From NCBI GenBank assembly GCA_951406725.2, contig OX597818.1, forward strand, positions 39,060,001-39,124,000: DNA of 64,000 bases. Reading direction: 5' to 3'. Both the position numbers and the translations under genes were made by a program. This DNA comes from Octopus vulgaris (lineage: Eukaryota). Of the stretch, positions 11,349-25,762 are shown one piece after another (the first letter of the stretch is position 1; each line of letters begins with the position of its first letter). The notes beneath the pieces were generated by a model. That model did not search any database. It was not told the DNA's origin and saw only the letters and a list, made by a program, of their open reading frames with translations.

Positions 11349-12178
11349 GTTCTGAAAAATTGTTAAATGGAAACTTCTGACTAAATATTAAAGTTTAAAT
11401 AAATGCATTACCAACACATCTCATATATCATTTATAAAGTCTTGTGAAATATGTACTGCTTAGGCTTTCTGTTTTGTCAGTAACATATAATTCAACATGA
11501 CTTTTTTTCTGAGACTACATTTTATTTGAAATTTTTGATATTTTGTGAGTTAGTGTCTTTATCATTCTTCCCACTATTTTAAAATCTCATGATGTCCCAT
11601 GCCAGCACGAAATATGGACGTTAAATGATGATGATGATGATGATGATATAAAATATGAGATATACATGAGATCCAATAGGAAGTTATAAATAATAATGAT
11701 TACAAAAACCTCCTGGTGGGAAGATATTTTTTATAATGAAAAATATTTTCCTAGATTTTAAGACTCTGTAGAAAGCTAGCAGACTTAGAGTTGGGAAGTG
11801 AAATAGGACCTGTGCAAGTATTTATTAATCACCACCTGAGATAAAACAGCGCATTAAGAGTCTAAAATTTTTTATGAAAACTAAATATCTTAAAAATTTA
11901 AAGTTGCTATAACCCTTTTGAATCTATATTTCTAACAAATAGATAGCTTATATAGTTCAATTAATTTTGATTTTCAATATAATTCTATATTTATGTGGTG
12001 AGCTAACAGAGCCATTATCATGCTAGGCAAAATGCTTTGCAGTATTTTATCCATCTTTATATTCTGAGTTCAAGTTTTCCCGAGGTTGACTTTGCCATTC
12101 ATCCTTTCGGGATCAATAAAATAACTTAGTTTACATGGTTTCCAGCAAGTTTGGGTTAAAAAGAGATTTAAAAAATTC

Positions 12179-12975
<797 letters not shown>

Positions 12976-13948
12976 AACTAAATGTATAGAAATCCAAAGA
13001 GAGAGCCTTTCTGTGATTGGTCATCCTACCTGTGATAACAGCAAATTCCTGCTTTAAAAATATTTGTCGAATAAAACAAAGACATGATCATCATGGCTAG
13101 AGATCTCGATCAAGGCTGACGCAGAGGCTCAAACACAACAACACTAACAACTATTTAAGTGTGAAGATGATTGAATAGTAATTGGCAGTCAGACCAGAAA
13201 TTAGCTTGTGGTATTGTATTAACGTTACTGCATATAATCCACAGTCAGTGTGCTTCTAAATGGCTGAGTACACTTGGAAGCAAATAAGTACTGAAAAGTA
13301 GGAAAAGCATATGGCTCTAAGCAATGGCAAACCTGTAAAATTGCTTGGCACTTTGTTTGTTGGCAGTGATGAGTTTGAGTAAACTGGTATTGTCTCTCAT
13401 CTGTTTAATAGTGAATAGCCCCAGCTGGCTCAGTTTAAGAGACATACATCATTATTAACTATAACTTAAAGTGGGAAACTAGCAGAATTGTTAACATGAC
13501 AGACAAAATGTTTAGCAGCTTTCCCTCTATCTTTACATTTGTGTTTGAATTCTGCTAAGGTCAGCTTTGCCTTTCATCCTTTTGGGGTTGATAAAATAAG
13601 TAGCAGTCAAGTGCTAGGGTTGATGTAATTGAATAATCCCCTCCCCTCAGAAATTGATGGCCTTGTGCCACAGTCTGAAACCATTATTAACTATAACTAT
13701 GGTATGGTGTATTATTGGCAAACTATTAATGCATGGGACAAGATGCTTTGTGATATTTGTTCTATTTCCTTATGTTTTGAGTTTAAAATCCCATCAAGGT
13801 CAACTTTGCCTATCATCCTTCCAGGATTGATAAAATAATGTCCCAGTCGAGAACTGAGCACCAGTGTAATCAACTGACTGTTTCCCACAAAATTTATTGT
13901 TTTATGTCTATCTTAGAAACAATTATCTTCAATAGAAGATTTCTGAGT

Positions 13949-13979
<31 letters not shown>

Positions 13980-14067
13980 GGTAGTAGAGGTACACAAAAA
14001 TGTTTGAAAACAATACCAGTTAAAATGGTGAAGAATTTCTAAGTTATTATTCTTATTTATTTTAAAG

Positions 14068-14220
14068 GATCTTCTTGCTCCCCAGTGTGCTTCAAACTTC
14101 GCACAACTCTCCTATAGCATTGTTGGTGATGGAGGAGCTTCAGCATTTTTCAGCATTGATAGTAATGGCCGTGTATTTACCAAGCCGCAACTCTCTGCAG
14201 ATTCTCAATCTATCTACCCT
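14068..14220 (+). CDS. cadherin exon 4 (short, DLLAPQCASNFAQLSYSIVGDGG...IYP); in-frame alternative acceptor at 14086
   Basis: tttaaag|GAT or ccccag|TGT...CCT|gtaag; YSIVGD and FSIDSNGRV motifs. Confidence 0.88.
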
Positions 14221-14784
14221 GTAAGTATTTTATTATAAAAATTATTTTTTGAATCAAAAATTGCAAAATAACACTCTTAACACTCAAAGGTGAAAAAAAG
14301 TTAATTAATTTAGAGTTTCTTTATAAATCTTTACGAAACAGATATAAATACTGAGACTGTAAAAGAAATTTTCCCAGTCAATAAAAGAAATTATGTTCAT
14401 TGATTTAATGATTCATCATCGTTTAAGATGTATGAAAGAGTCTATTATTGCAGCCAAATCTCTAAACTCACACTTTGTCAACATGAAAAATGAAAGACAC
14501 ATCAGATAATGTAGTTCTAGATAGACAGTGTCTGAAGGAAAGATGAGATGGTTGTGTCTGGAATACCTTTCATTATAGGTTTGTCCAATTAGTTTTGACC
14601 TAGAACTTACACTAAAGTAGTTTCTATTTCTAAATTTGTTTTACACAATATGGTTGGAATAACTCAATTTTAAGCAAAAAAGGTAACATGCTATTTATGT
14701 ATTTTGTTGTTAAAAAGTTATTCTGAGAATTTTTTAATAAATAAACTGAAGAAATATCTCAACATTTAATTGAAAAATCAAATA

Positions 14785-15146
14785 TAAGGCAGGTGTGGCT
14801 GTGTGATAAGAAATTTACTTCCTGACCACATGATTCCAGGTTCAGTCCCACTACACATCACCTTGCATAAATGTCTTCTACTATAGCCTAGAATGAAGCC
14901 TATTATATATACATATGTATATGTGTGTATTTGTGTATGTCCTTGTATTTGTGCTCGTTCCCCACCACTGCTTAGCAATTGGTATCAGTTTGTTTATATC
15001 CTCATACCTTAGCAGTTCCACAAAAAAGACTGACAATAAACACCAGGCTTAAAAAAGTGTATTGGGTTCAAGTTGTTTGACTAAATTCTACAAGGTGGTG
15101 CCCCAGCATGGCTGCAGTCCAAATACTGAAACTAGTGAAAGATAAA
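14785..15146 (+). mobile_element. older SINE family A copy
   Basis: diverged match to 55739-56165. Confidence 0.75.
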
Positions 15147-15330
15147 ACCTATCTGTAGTCCCCAATAGTAATTAGTAATATTTAACAACTGATAATTATT
15201 TATATTTACATGGAATTAAGAAATGAGAACTGAATCATACAAATTTCTCTTTAGGGTGTTAGCTACATATGTACAAAACATAAATTTGTTATAGTTGAAA
15301 TGGAAACTAGTTTAAACTAGTTTATTGACT

Positions 15331-15651
15331 GGCTCGTGGTTAGAGCGTCGAGCTTACGATCGTGAGGTTGTGAGCTCGAATCCCGGACCGGGCTGCGTGT
15401 TGTGTTCTCGAGCAAGGCACTTTATTTCACGTTGCTCCAGTTCACTCAGCTGTAGAAATGTGTTGCGACGTCATTGGTGCCAAGCTGTATCGACCTTTGT
15501 CTTTCCCTTGGATAACACTGGTGGCGTGGAGAGGGGAGGCTGGTATGCATGGGCGACTGCTGGCCTTCCATAAACAACCTTGCCCGGACTTGTGTCTTGG
15601 AAGGTAACTTTCTAGGTGCAATCCCATGGTCATTCATGACCGAAGGGGGTC
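15331..15651 (+). mobile_element. tRNA-derived SINE family B with 11-bp TSD
   Basis: A/B boxes; tttattgactg at 15321-15331 and 15652-15662. Confidence 0.9.
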
Positions 15652-15846
15652 TTTATTGACTGACTTAGCAAGGGGTTGAATTCTAGTAAATGGCACAAAT
15701 AATTAAAAATTAAGTTGACAAAACCCCCACCCACAAAAAGCAGTAACAGGAGGTAAAAAAAAAGCAGTATATGAGAAAAAGAATCGAGATTGCAAGGCAA
15801 TGCATGAGATGAAATAGAGACATCATTGGGGTGGTGGTGGTGGTAT

Positions 15847-16074
15847 GGCGAGCTAGCAGAATCGTTAGCACGTCGGGCGAAATGCTTAGCGGTATTTCGG
15901 CTGCCGTTACGTTGTGAGTTCAAATTCCGCCGAGGTCGGCTTTGCCTTTCATCCTTTCGGGGTCAATAAATTAAGTACCAGTTAAGCACTGGGGTCGATA
16001 TAATCGACTTACTACCTATGTCTGTCCATGTTTGTCTCCTCTATGTTTAGCCCCTTGTGGGTAATAAAGAAATA
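15847..16074 (+). mobile_element. SINE family D, full length, with TSD
   Basis: ggtggtggtggtatgg at 15833-15848 and 16075-16090; B-box gagttcaaattc. Confidence 0.85.
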
Positions 16075-16099
16075 GGTGGTGGTGGTATGGAATGATAAC

Positions 16100-17895
16100 A
16101 GAGCCCTTACTTTTACAGGCATTAAAAAGAAAGTGACATGAGAATGCTATTATGAAAGGTTGCTAAATGAGGAGCATGATTGGGAAAAAGAGGGTCTACT
16201 CTTAATAGTTCCATCACAGAGACCAGTCATTCAAGTTGAGAGCAGTTTGGTGGATTGAATGATTAAATACATGAATGGCAGGGAAGGCAGGGAAGGCATT
16301 TGGTCCTTCAGGAATTACCACTGAAATGCTTTAAGTATTTGATGGAGCAAGACATAGACTAGTCACCACATCATAAATTAAGCAGTGTGGAAAAGTATCA
16401 TATTCAACCACTGGTGGAGTAGTATGGCCACTAACTTCTAAAAGACAAAGGAAATGTGTTAGAAAGAATAAACAGCAGAAATTTAAAACTGTTAGATCAA
16501 TTTATGAATGTTACCATAAGGGGACTAGCACAATTGATTAAGAAGAAAATAAATAAAGATGTGATGCAGCTTAGTTTAGTGCCTGGGAAAAAGTATCCCT
16601 GATGTCTTCTTGCTGGGACACCTGTAAGTGTTATATTTAGTGGGTGTAAACCTCTATACTTGGTGTCTGTTGAGAAGGTCTACAACAGGGTTTCAAACTG
16701 TGTGATTTAGTGGTTATTGAGAAAGTTTGGGATTGATGAATAGCATGTAAGAGATGTGCAAGTTGTGTATAGAACTGCAGTCGAAAAGGTGATAGGTTGT
16801 AATGAGTGTAGTGATAAAGTGAATATGATGGCAATGGTTCATCAAGGCTTATTCCTCAACCTACTTCTGTTCGTTATAGCCTTCCAAGCTATAACAGGAG
16901 AATTTAAGATTGGTTAGTTATGTAAACTCCTCAATGCATATGACCTGGTTCTTATAGATGGATACAGTAGTATAAGAAAAAATTAGTTGTAGCATAAAAA
17001 TAAAAACAAAACAAAATTAGCAGTTCCAGTCATAGAAACAAAGTTAAGAATTGAGAGGCCTCAAAATAAACATAGCAAAAACTTAAAATATTTTTAAGTA
17101 GAAGAGAAAACAGAACTCTGCTATCATCAGGGTTTTGGCCATGCTCAGTATGTAGAAAAGGAGAAGGAAGGATTTACAGCCTAAAGAATGTGTGAACATG
17201 AGTAGACTTACTGAGTAGAGTATGGCTGCCCATTGGTAGACTAAGGGAGGGAATAGATTTTACATGCAGCAGGTGCACAAGGTCAGTAGGTGCTAAGAGC
17301 ACATGTCAATAGACTTCCTTCAATGCCCAGGCACCTCTCTAAGAGGACCTAATTTGCAGTGAGCTGAGTGGTAAGAAAGCATATTAGCTAGAGAAAGAAC
17401 TGGTTAGTAAAAGAACAGGGAGCTCTGCTGGTAACAAAGGGTTTCGTCCTTGAAGTGAAGTGTAAATAGTACAACACTTGCTGCATGATGGTGAGATGTG
17501 CACCTTAAATGCAAATGACTTACAAAACAAGAATGAATTGAAGTGAACATGCTCCACTGGATACTTGTGTGCATGAACAATAAGACACACTTGAGCTGTG
17601 AGAAAAACTGTACATTAGAAAAATCAGATGTGGTGTGTGAAAGATAAGACTGTTTTGGTATAGGTGTCTGATGCATTTGGTTGACTGCAGGTGTAAATAT
17701 GTTGAGTACTCAAAGTGATTGGAACTTGTGAAAGAAAGAAACTGAAGAAGACTTTTGATGAAGAACTGAAGATAAATCTGAAGTTGTTGCATCTCATGGA
17801 AGAGACTACAAAGAAATGTGTGGATTAGCGATATTCTGAGTGTGAGAAGACCCATTCTCCTGATCAGGCTTGGTGAAAGAGATGTTAAAAGTTGC
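16100..17895 (+). mobile_element. highly decayed RTE LINE (RT region to 3' end)
   Basis: GKAFGPSGITTEML, LKLLDQ and VHQG-like remnants, homologous to 25763-28830. Confidence 0.65.
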
Positions 17896-18371
17896 ATTTA
17901 TATATATTGGTGTACATATGTATATGTGTGTGTATATAGGCTTATACTTTTCGGCATGTATGTGTAAGATCAGGTATGCATGTATGTGTGTGTGTGTCAA
18001 TATATGAGTCAATATGTACACACACACATTATATTATCAAGGTTCCATCTTTGGCCTGCTTGATAGCCTATTATTCCTCTACTGCACCTATTATTCTATC
18101 CTTCTATCATTCACCTGTTTTATTATACATTGCTCTTATCATTTACCTTTCTATTATCCATGCCACTGTCACCTCTGTTTTGCTTACCTTTACACATACC
18201 TCTAAGATTGATGCTCCTCTTCTTCCTACCCTCACTGTACTAAGCTGCTAACTTGACTAAAAATGAAAGTGATTCTCTCTGGTTGATCATATGTTGTTTC
18301 AAATGTGACTATGGGTGTCATGAGACCTAATCAGACCCTCTCTCCAGATTTCCGTCTTTCATTATATCATA

Positions 18372-18810
18372 TAGGTGCAGGAGTAGGTGTGTTGTAAGTA
18401 GCTTGCTTACCAACCACATGGTTCTGGGTTCAGTCACACTGCATTGCACCTTGGGCAAGTGTCTTCTACTATAGCTTTGGGCCGACCAAAGACTTCTGAG
18501 TGGATTTGGTCGATGGAAACTGAAAGAAGCCTGTTGTATATATGTGTGTGTGTGTGTTTGGGTGTGTGTGTGTGTGTGTGTGTGTGTTTGTGTGTCTGTG
18601 TTTGTCCCCCAACATTGCTTGACAACTGATGCTGGTGTGTTTATGTCCCTGTAACTGAGCAGTTCACCAAAAGAGACCAATAGAATAAGTACTAGGCTTA
18701 CAAAGAATAAGTCCTGGGGTCAATTTGTTCGATTAAAGGCAGTGCTCCAGCATGGCTACAGTCAAATGACTGAAACAAGTAAAAGAGAGAGTAAAAGAGT
18801 AAAGAGAAAG
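18372..18810 (+). mobile_element. tRNA-derived SINE family A
   Basis: head ggtgcaggagt..., internal (TG)n, tail ggcagtgctccagcatgg...gaaacaagtaaaagag. Confidence 0.9.
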
Positions 18811-19328
18811 TAATACTCCCACCCTTGACCATTCAACATCTTGAGGCATAAAAAGAGATGTTATCAGACAAGCATGTACCTCTCCACAATGGCCAATTGG
18901 CATTGAAATCCATCATTTACTCTCATCATTCAACTATGTCTTGCTATCCATCACTTCTCCTCTCAGTGTTTGGTGTTAAGAAAGACATACAGCTGTAGAA
19001 GCCAAGCCTAAAATGAAATTCATAAGTGAAATGTGGTCTCCTCACACCCATCAAGGGGTGTAAAAATTACTTTTCTATGTCGTCATACAAAACAGGTGTA
19101 AAACAATGTTAATGCTGATGATGGTAGTGGTGGTGGTGGTGGTAGTTGCAGTAGGGATGATGACGATGAGGATGACGATGGTGGTGGTGGTGGTGATGGT
19201 GATTGTGATGATTATGATGATGATGATTATGATGATGATGATGATGATGATTGTATGCATTTCTAGAACAGAAAATAGAAAGTTTCAGTTTACTAACTAT
19301 CAATAATTTCTCAAATCTTTTCTTTCAG

Positions 19329-19643
19329 GTGAGAGTTCAGGTTTCGGACAATGGAGTACCACCAAAATCAGTAAATTCCATATTGACTGTGACTTTCATC
19401 AGGAACCTATATCCACCTGTTTTCAAAGATGAAAATTTAAATATAAGTGTTCCTGAAAATCTTCAACCTGGAAGTTCTATTGTCCAAGTATCTGCTGGAG
19501 ACTTAGACACAATCAGTCCTAACAACAAAATAGTATATGAAGTAGTAACACCTATTGAATATTTTTGGGTCAATCCTGTTTCAGGCGTGGTGTCAATTTC
19601 CAAGTCTTTGACACAAGATTCTTCAAAACAATCAGTTTATTCT
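19329..19643 (+). CDS. cadherin exon 5 (fused long+short, 105 aa VRVQVSDNGVPPK...KQSVYS)
   Basis: ctttcag|GTG...TCT|gtaag; inside ORF 19251..19745. Confidence 0.93.
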
Positions 19644-20040
19644 GTAAGTATTAAGGAGATACTCAGTATTTTTCATAAAGGTAGTTTTTCACTTATATTT
19701 CTCTCCAGGGTTTTAAGATGCATTTCAATTATATATACTCTCTAGTTTCCATTGCCACAAAAATGTTTTCCTTCATTGTCTAACATTAAGTTTTTGGATC
19801 CACCTGTAAATTAATCCTTATATAAAGTTTGAGTTGAATTAAATTATTTTAGCATATCATCAATCTGGGAATACAGGGCTTAACTGGTTGAAACCTTGAA
19901 GTCACTGTCAACAACATTCATGTTTAAGAATAATAAATTTGTACTCTGCAAAAGTATAGAGTAGCCAATCAGATTAACGTAAAATTATTTTTAATGTAAC
20001 TGAACATAAAAACAAAAATTAATTAATATATATGTATATA

Positions 20041-20433
20041 TAGGTGCAGGAGTGGGTGTGTGATAACTAGCTTGCTTACCAACTACATGGTTCTGGGTTC
20101 AGTCCTATTGCATGGCACCTTGAGCAAATGTCTTCTACTATAGCCTCGGGCCAACCAAAGCCTTGTGAGTGGATTTGGTAGACGGAAACTGTATATATTC
20201 AGTAGACGGAAACTGTATATGTATATATATGTGTCTGTGTTTCTCCCCCCAACATCGCTTGACAACCGATGCTGGTGTGTTTATGTCCCCATAACTTAGC
20301 AGTTCGGCAAAAGAGACCAATAGAATAAGTACTAGGCTTACAAAGAATAAGTCCTGGGGTCAATTTGCTCGACTAAAGGCTGTGCTCCAGCATGGCCACA
20401 GTCAAATGACTGAAACAAGTAAAAGAGTAAAGA

Positions 20434-20435
<2 letters not shown>
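20041..20435 (+). mobile_element. SINE family A
   Basis: colinear with the other family A copies. Confidence 0.9.
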
Positions 20436-20472
<37 letters not shown>

Positions 20473-21644
20473 AAGAGCTTACTTTCAAAACTAGATATAT
20501 GCATCGGAATGACTTTTGAGTAATTGTTTAAAGCAACTTGAATATATCTGATTTTGATTGGAAGACTAAGATTTGCCTGCTGTTTATATGGCATCTATCC
20601 CAGTTTGACTGAAAAAAATTTCATGTGCATGAAGCCAATAGTCCAAGATAAGGTGGATCCTGATAATAAGGATAACAATAATGTCAGAAGAAATAATCTA
20701 AGTAATTAGGATAATCCAAAGTAGTTTGGTTAATTTCAACATAAATAATTATATCAGTGTTTGCATGGATAAGGCAAATAATATGAATATTGTATGCACT
20801 AATAATAATCTAACTGAGGAATAGCAACAATGACCAAAATATATATCACAACAGCAACAATAATAACTATGGTAGTACCTATAAAAATTAAAATAGAAAC
20901 AAGAATAGAAAACCAATAATCAATTTTGGAAACAGAATAGTAAAAAGAATGTAATTGTAGAGATAGGAAAGTGTATCCTCTGAAAACAAGTATCTCTGTA
21001 AAAACGTTATATACAAATGTACTGTGAGAAAAGGTGCACGTATATATGCATTTATAGCATTTCAAGCATTGCTGGAGAAATCATATTGCATCATTTAAGA
21101 ACATCTGCAAAAGAGAAAGCACATCCCTCACTGACTCGATCAGGAGCTGCAAAGAGAAAAAATATGCAATACAGAATAACATGATCAGCAGTATAGAATG
21201 CATAACCATACAGTATATACTCAAAATCATTCAATCTACACTTGAGAGGGACAATGTTCGTTATACTGAACAATGATAGCGTCATGAACACGCACTCTAA
21301 AATTGTTGAAAAATGCAACCATAGACTCAAGATGTCGTTTTTGGATTGTGGCAGAAACATCTGATATTTAATATCAAATCAGTCTCTTTTGTATTCATGC
21401 ATGTATCTATTGATTTTTTTTTATATTGATGAGTATTTATATTGTGAAAGAACTGCAAATGTAAACTGCTATTTGTATGAAAGTCTGTACACTTATAGCA
21501 TATATGTATTTATTATTACTTATTAATATTTATATATATATATATATGTATGTATGATGTATAAATTTATTATACATTTACTATGAATGTCTATTGAATG
21601 TATAAGTATATATATATATATCTGAGTCTGTATCTTTCTTTTAG

Positions 21645-21833
21645 TTGATTATCAAAGCCAGCGACATGGGTCAGCCTCCAAGATCATCTGTGAATACAGC
21701 TACAGTGACAGTGAATGTGTTGCGAAACAATTTTGCACCAGTTTTTGAACCAAGTTCACGTAGCGTTACTATTGAAGAAACTCTATCTATTAAACAGTTT
21801 GTCATAAGTATGACTGCTTTAGACAAGGACCAT
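21645..21833 (+). CDS. cadherin exon 6 (long, 63 aa LIIKASDMGQPPR...TALDKDH)
   Basis: ttttag|TTG...CAT|gtaag. Confidence 0.93.
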
Positions 21834-22069
21834 GTAAGTGTAACAAATGAGAAAATTATTGGTTTCTATCTAGTTAAAACAAACAGTTCAATGGTATTTT
21901 TCTATGGTAACTGCATTGCATTATCCATCCATGCATCTATCTGCCCATACATGCATCCATCTTTTCTGCCCTATATTCCAGGGATGGTCACAGGCAATAG
22001 AGTCCCTTGGCGTCTATTTCATTGGATCCAATCAGAAGCAACCATCATTAGACTTTTTAATTAGATTCC

Positions 22070-22830
22070 TAAGTGTTACCAACTGAGAGTATAGATATTA
22101 TCCAAGCATCTCATCTTTGTCTTCCCGAGGTTTCCTACTGGTTGGCTCAGTTTAAAGAATCTATCTTGCAATTCTTTCCAGAGAGATTCTGATGAAATAT
22201 TCATAGTATCAGAGCTGTGACCTCTCAATGTGAAATAATAGCAGCTCAACCTAGAAAGATACACTGATTTCTGACCTATGCACCCTATAAAGTAATATTA
22301 CTCCAAAGATTCCATTTTGGCCACTTGTCTTTGTAATTGTACTTTTTCACTTATTACCCAACATTCATGATCATAGGTGAGGACAGGTACAGAAATAGGT
22401 GAAGATGGAGTGTTTGATTTTTTTACCCACCTCTTCTGAGGATTACATGCTGAAGCTGGTGCATTACTCTGTCAGGGCTAGCAATTTTAGCATCCAGTTT
22501 TGCCTCCTGCTTCCCATCACTCATGAATATCACTCTGAGATATTTAAACATCTTGACTTGCCTCAGCGATGTTCCACTAACAAGCAGAGTGTACTGGGAA
22601 GACTTTTTTGAAAAGACTGGTGTCTCAGTCTTCACAACACTTGATCCTCATCTCTGCTTTGCAGCACTCAGTAGTGAACCATTCAATGCATGCTGAAGGT
22701 CCCCCTCTAATGACCCAAGTAACATCATGTCATCTGAAAATACCAGTTGACCACTCATACACCCAGCGATTGTGATAATACTTTCAGAAAGGCTATGCAT
22801 GTCAAGCCAGTTCATAAAAATTAGCTAGAA
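22070..22830 (-). mobile_element. decayed RTE-clade LINE fragment
   Basis: LRQVKMFKYLRVIFMSDGKQEAKLDAKIA resembles the RTE FKYLG...SDG...EID.RI block. Confidence 0.65.
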
Positions 22831-23231
22831 CGAAATGCAATCCTGACTGAAAATATAAAATACCTTCAACCCTCCATCAGTTTGGACATTCACTTGACTC
22901 ACTATAGGTCTCTTGTCCACAGTTATAGGAAAGATGTTACAGTACAGAATATCAAATGATCATGATGATGGAAGAGCTTTAACATGTTCTTTCTGACTAA
23001 AGAATTTTTGTGTTACTTTGAAAAGGGGGTACCCCAACAATATCTATATACCCAAACCAAATATAAAACAACATGGCATCAAGCAGTAATTTTTACTATT
23101 CATGATTAAAGATGGTGTCCTTAATTAACAGCATTCAGTTTAGGTCATTGAGTATGAAAGATTATTCATACAAGTATGAATATGACTAATCAAGTCAATT
23201 AATAATGAGGTCATTCTTTTTCTTCTAATAG

Positions 23232-23357
23232 TTCTATAATACAGTAAGTTATTCAATATTTGGATATCAACCAGCAACTGATTTCTTTGATATATCTAAG
23301 AATGGAGATGTTTTCGTCACTAAAAGTCTGGAGCTTGGCACAGAAACGAATTATACT
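23232..23357 (+). CDS. cadherin exon 7 (short, 42 aa FYNTVSYSIFG...ETNYT)
   Basis: ctaatag|TTC...ACT|gtaag; not in the ORF track, read manually. Confidence 0.88.
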
Positions 23358-24479
23358 GTAAGTTAACATTTTCCATAAAACACAATTTCTGCTTTCTTAT
23401 TTTTAAACTGAAATTATTTTTTTACATTCAAAAAAATATAATTTGAAGATGAAGGGTAAACTAAATCAATGTGTAAAATGATAGAATTCTTCTTCATCAT
23501 CATTATCACTTTAATGTCCAATTGTCCAGGCTTATATGTATCATACAGAATTTGTTAAGACAGATTTTCTATGCCTGGAAGCTCTTCTGACCACCAAATC
23601 TCACTTGTTTCAAACAAAGGTAATATTTTACCCTAGTATTTTGAACAATGAGCATCTCAAAGTTTTGTTTTCTTTTGTTTTTCAAAAACATAAAACAATA
23701 AATTGTGTCCTTTTCATGGATCAGTGATATTATTTTCAATCAATAACCAAGCATTAAGACAAGAAGACACGAACATTCACACGCACGCACACACACACAG
23801 ATCTACGTATATATGCACATATTTATAGACATGTGCATACACACACATATATATAATATTTGAGTATATCATATATATATATGTCTCGCCTTTACCTTCG
23901 AAACATGGAGTAGATGAAGCAGAGGCAGCTGAAGAAGGGGAATTTTCCTTGTGTTGTATGTCTTGTACTCTGTTTTTTTGTTGTTTAAAAAAATGTCCGT
24001 TTCCTTGGTTTTGTTTCTACGTTTTCGTTTCTCATTGTGTTCAACGTTTTTTGGTGTCCTGTACCCATATATGCATGTATATATACATATATGTATGTAT
24101 ATATGCATATGTTTTATTTATTATTTTGTTATTATATATATAATGTATTGTTCCATGATGGTAAAATTAACAAAAATGTACTCCATCTGGTGAGAGATAG
24201 ATATTATTTAATAGACACAATACATGTTTTTATGTGCTGTTAATAGTTTTATATGTTGAGAGATATCCCAAACATATTCATCAGGTATAAACCATATATA
24301 ATGAACTAAAAATTGAATGTGAGAAGTAATGTGAACAGTTGAGAAAGAAGCGTATAGAAAACAGGGAAGATAAAAAAAAATAGAAAACGTAAAAATAAAA
24401 ATTAAAAAGTAAAAAAGTTTAAAAAATTAATCAGGTATAGGCAGAATTTTCCAATTTTATCAGCATGCAAAGAAAGCAC

Positions 24480-25035
24480 TACAGTTTAGTAAATGATTAG
24501 TATGGGAAAAAAGTTGCATAATGATGAACTGTTTGATGTATCTATGGGGTTGTACAATAGTGCAACACCTGTGACCTTGTGTGTTTATTTGTATTAAACA
24601 CATTGAGATCTAAGTACCCATCTCATGATGTTGATCTATACTGAGAGGACGGTTCGGGTATTTCCCATGGGTTGTGATAGTCACCTGAACTCCTATAGAC
24701 ATTTCCATAAGCCTAATGAGAAACTCGCCTGTATACATAAACTGTCTTGTCATCTTGTAATTTTTAAAAACCTGATTGCTAATAATATCAGAGTGTCTAA
24801 AGAAATTTTTGAGAAAGTAGCCCCCTACTATAACAAAGCCCTAGCCAATAGTGCCTTCAAAGATAAATTAATACATAACCCATCTAATATTAATCAGAAT
24901 AATAATAATAAAGGTAAAAATGAACCAAGGAAAATTATTTGGTTCACCCCTCCCTTTTCCCTTAATGTAAAAACTAACATAGGTCAAAGATTCCTGTCTC
25001 TCCTAGACAAACACTTTCCAGTAACTCACCAATAA
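24480..25035 (+). mobile_element. Penelope-like element ORF remnant (RT and linker before GIY-YIG)
   Basis: ELFDVSMG-like RT motif; RKIIWFTPPFSLNVKTNIGQRFLSLLDKHFP block. Confidence 0.8.
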
Positions 25036-25518
25036 AATAATAAGTAAGGAAAAAAGATGGGTAGTGGTGTTAGTGTACTACCTGTTATTCAAATTGTAGA
25101 GTTCTGGGGTTAAAACGAAAATTATCTAATATATACCACATAATACAGAGAGAAGAGAATATACCAGATCAGTATTGTTTATAAGTAATTGGGTATGCCG
25201 TTATTCATTAGTTACATTTCTAGCTTGTTTTATAGGTGTTGTGAAGGTTAATAGGTAATTAATATGTATGGGTCACTATTATATATGATTAAATCTGATG
25301 GGATAATACAAACAGCCCTGGGTAAATAGAGTTAAATGATGTGCTGCTTCAGTATCACATACAACACCCATAATAGTTTCCAGATATATAGATTGATTAG
25401 GGATAGAAACTAGGGGACTAGGAAAAACTTTACTAGAAATTAAAAAATAGTTAAAGTTAATAAAAATAATTAAAATCATTTTAAAATACTTTCAGTAATT
25501 TTATTATTCTTTTTGCAG

Positions 25519-25704
25519 TTGAATATTGTGGCTACTGACAATGGTTATCCAGCAAAACAGGGATTTGGTATTCTGAATATTTTTGTGAAACGAAATTTTC
25601 TTGCACCAGTATTTCAAAATTCTCCTTATCAGAGAGATGTTTCGGAATCTACTTCTATTGGCAGCACTCTTTTTACAGTTACTGCCGTGGATTCAGATAA
25701 GCGA
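25519..25704 (+). CDS. cadherin exon 8 (long, 62 aa LNIVATDNGYP...AVDSDKR)
   Basis: ttttgcag|TTG...CGA|gtaag. Confidence 0.93.
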
Positions 25705-25762
25705 GTAAGTATATGAAATACATACATATATATGTATATATATACATTACATATTCACAAAT

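Noticed and set aside
15331-15410. tRNA-like sequences (also 2560-2625, 28630-28702, 45582-45650, 61198-61275)
   Set aside because: A/B boxes run into multicopy SINE bodies, several with TSDs; no complete cloverleaf, so not tRNA genes.
19075-19306. His-rich, Met/Val-rich and Ile/Thr-rich ORFs
   Set aside because: (GAT/GGT)n trinucleotide tract in an intron.
23880-23960. GAAAC and CTGAAGA motifs suggesting another hammerhead
   Set aside because: Could not assemble stems I-III in a valid order; at best a truncated remnant.
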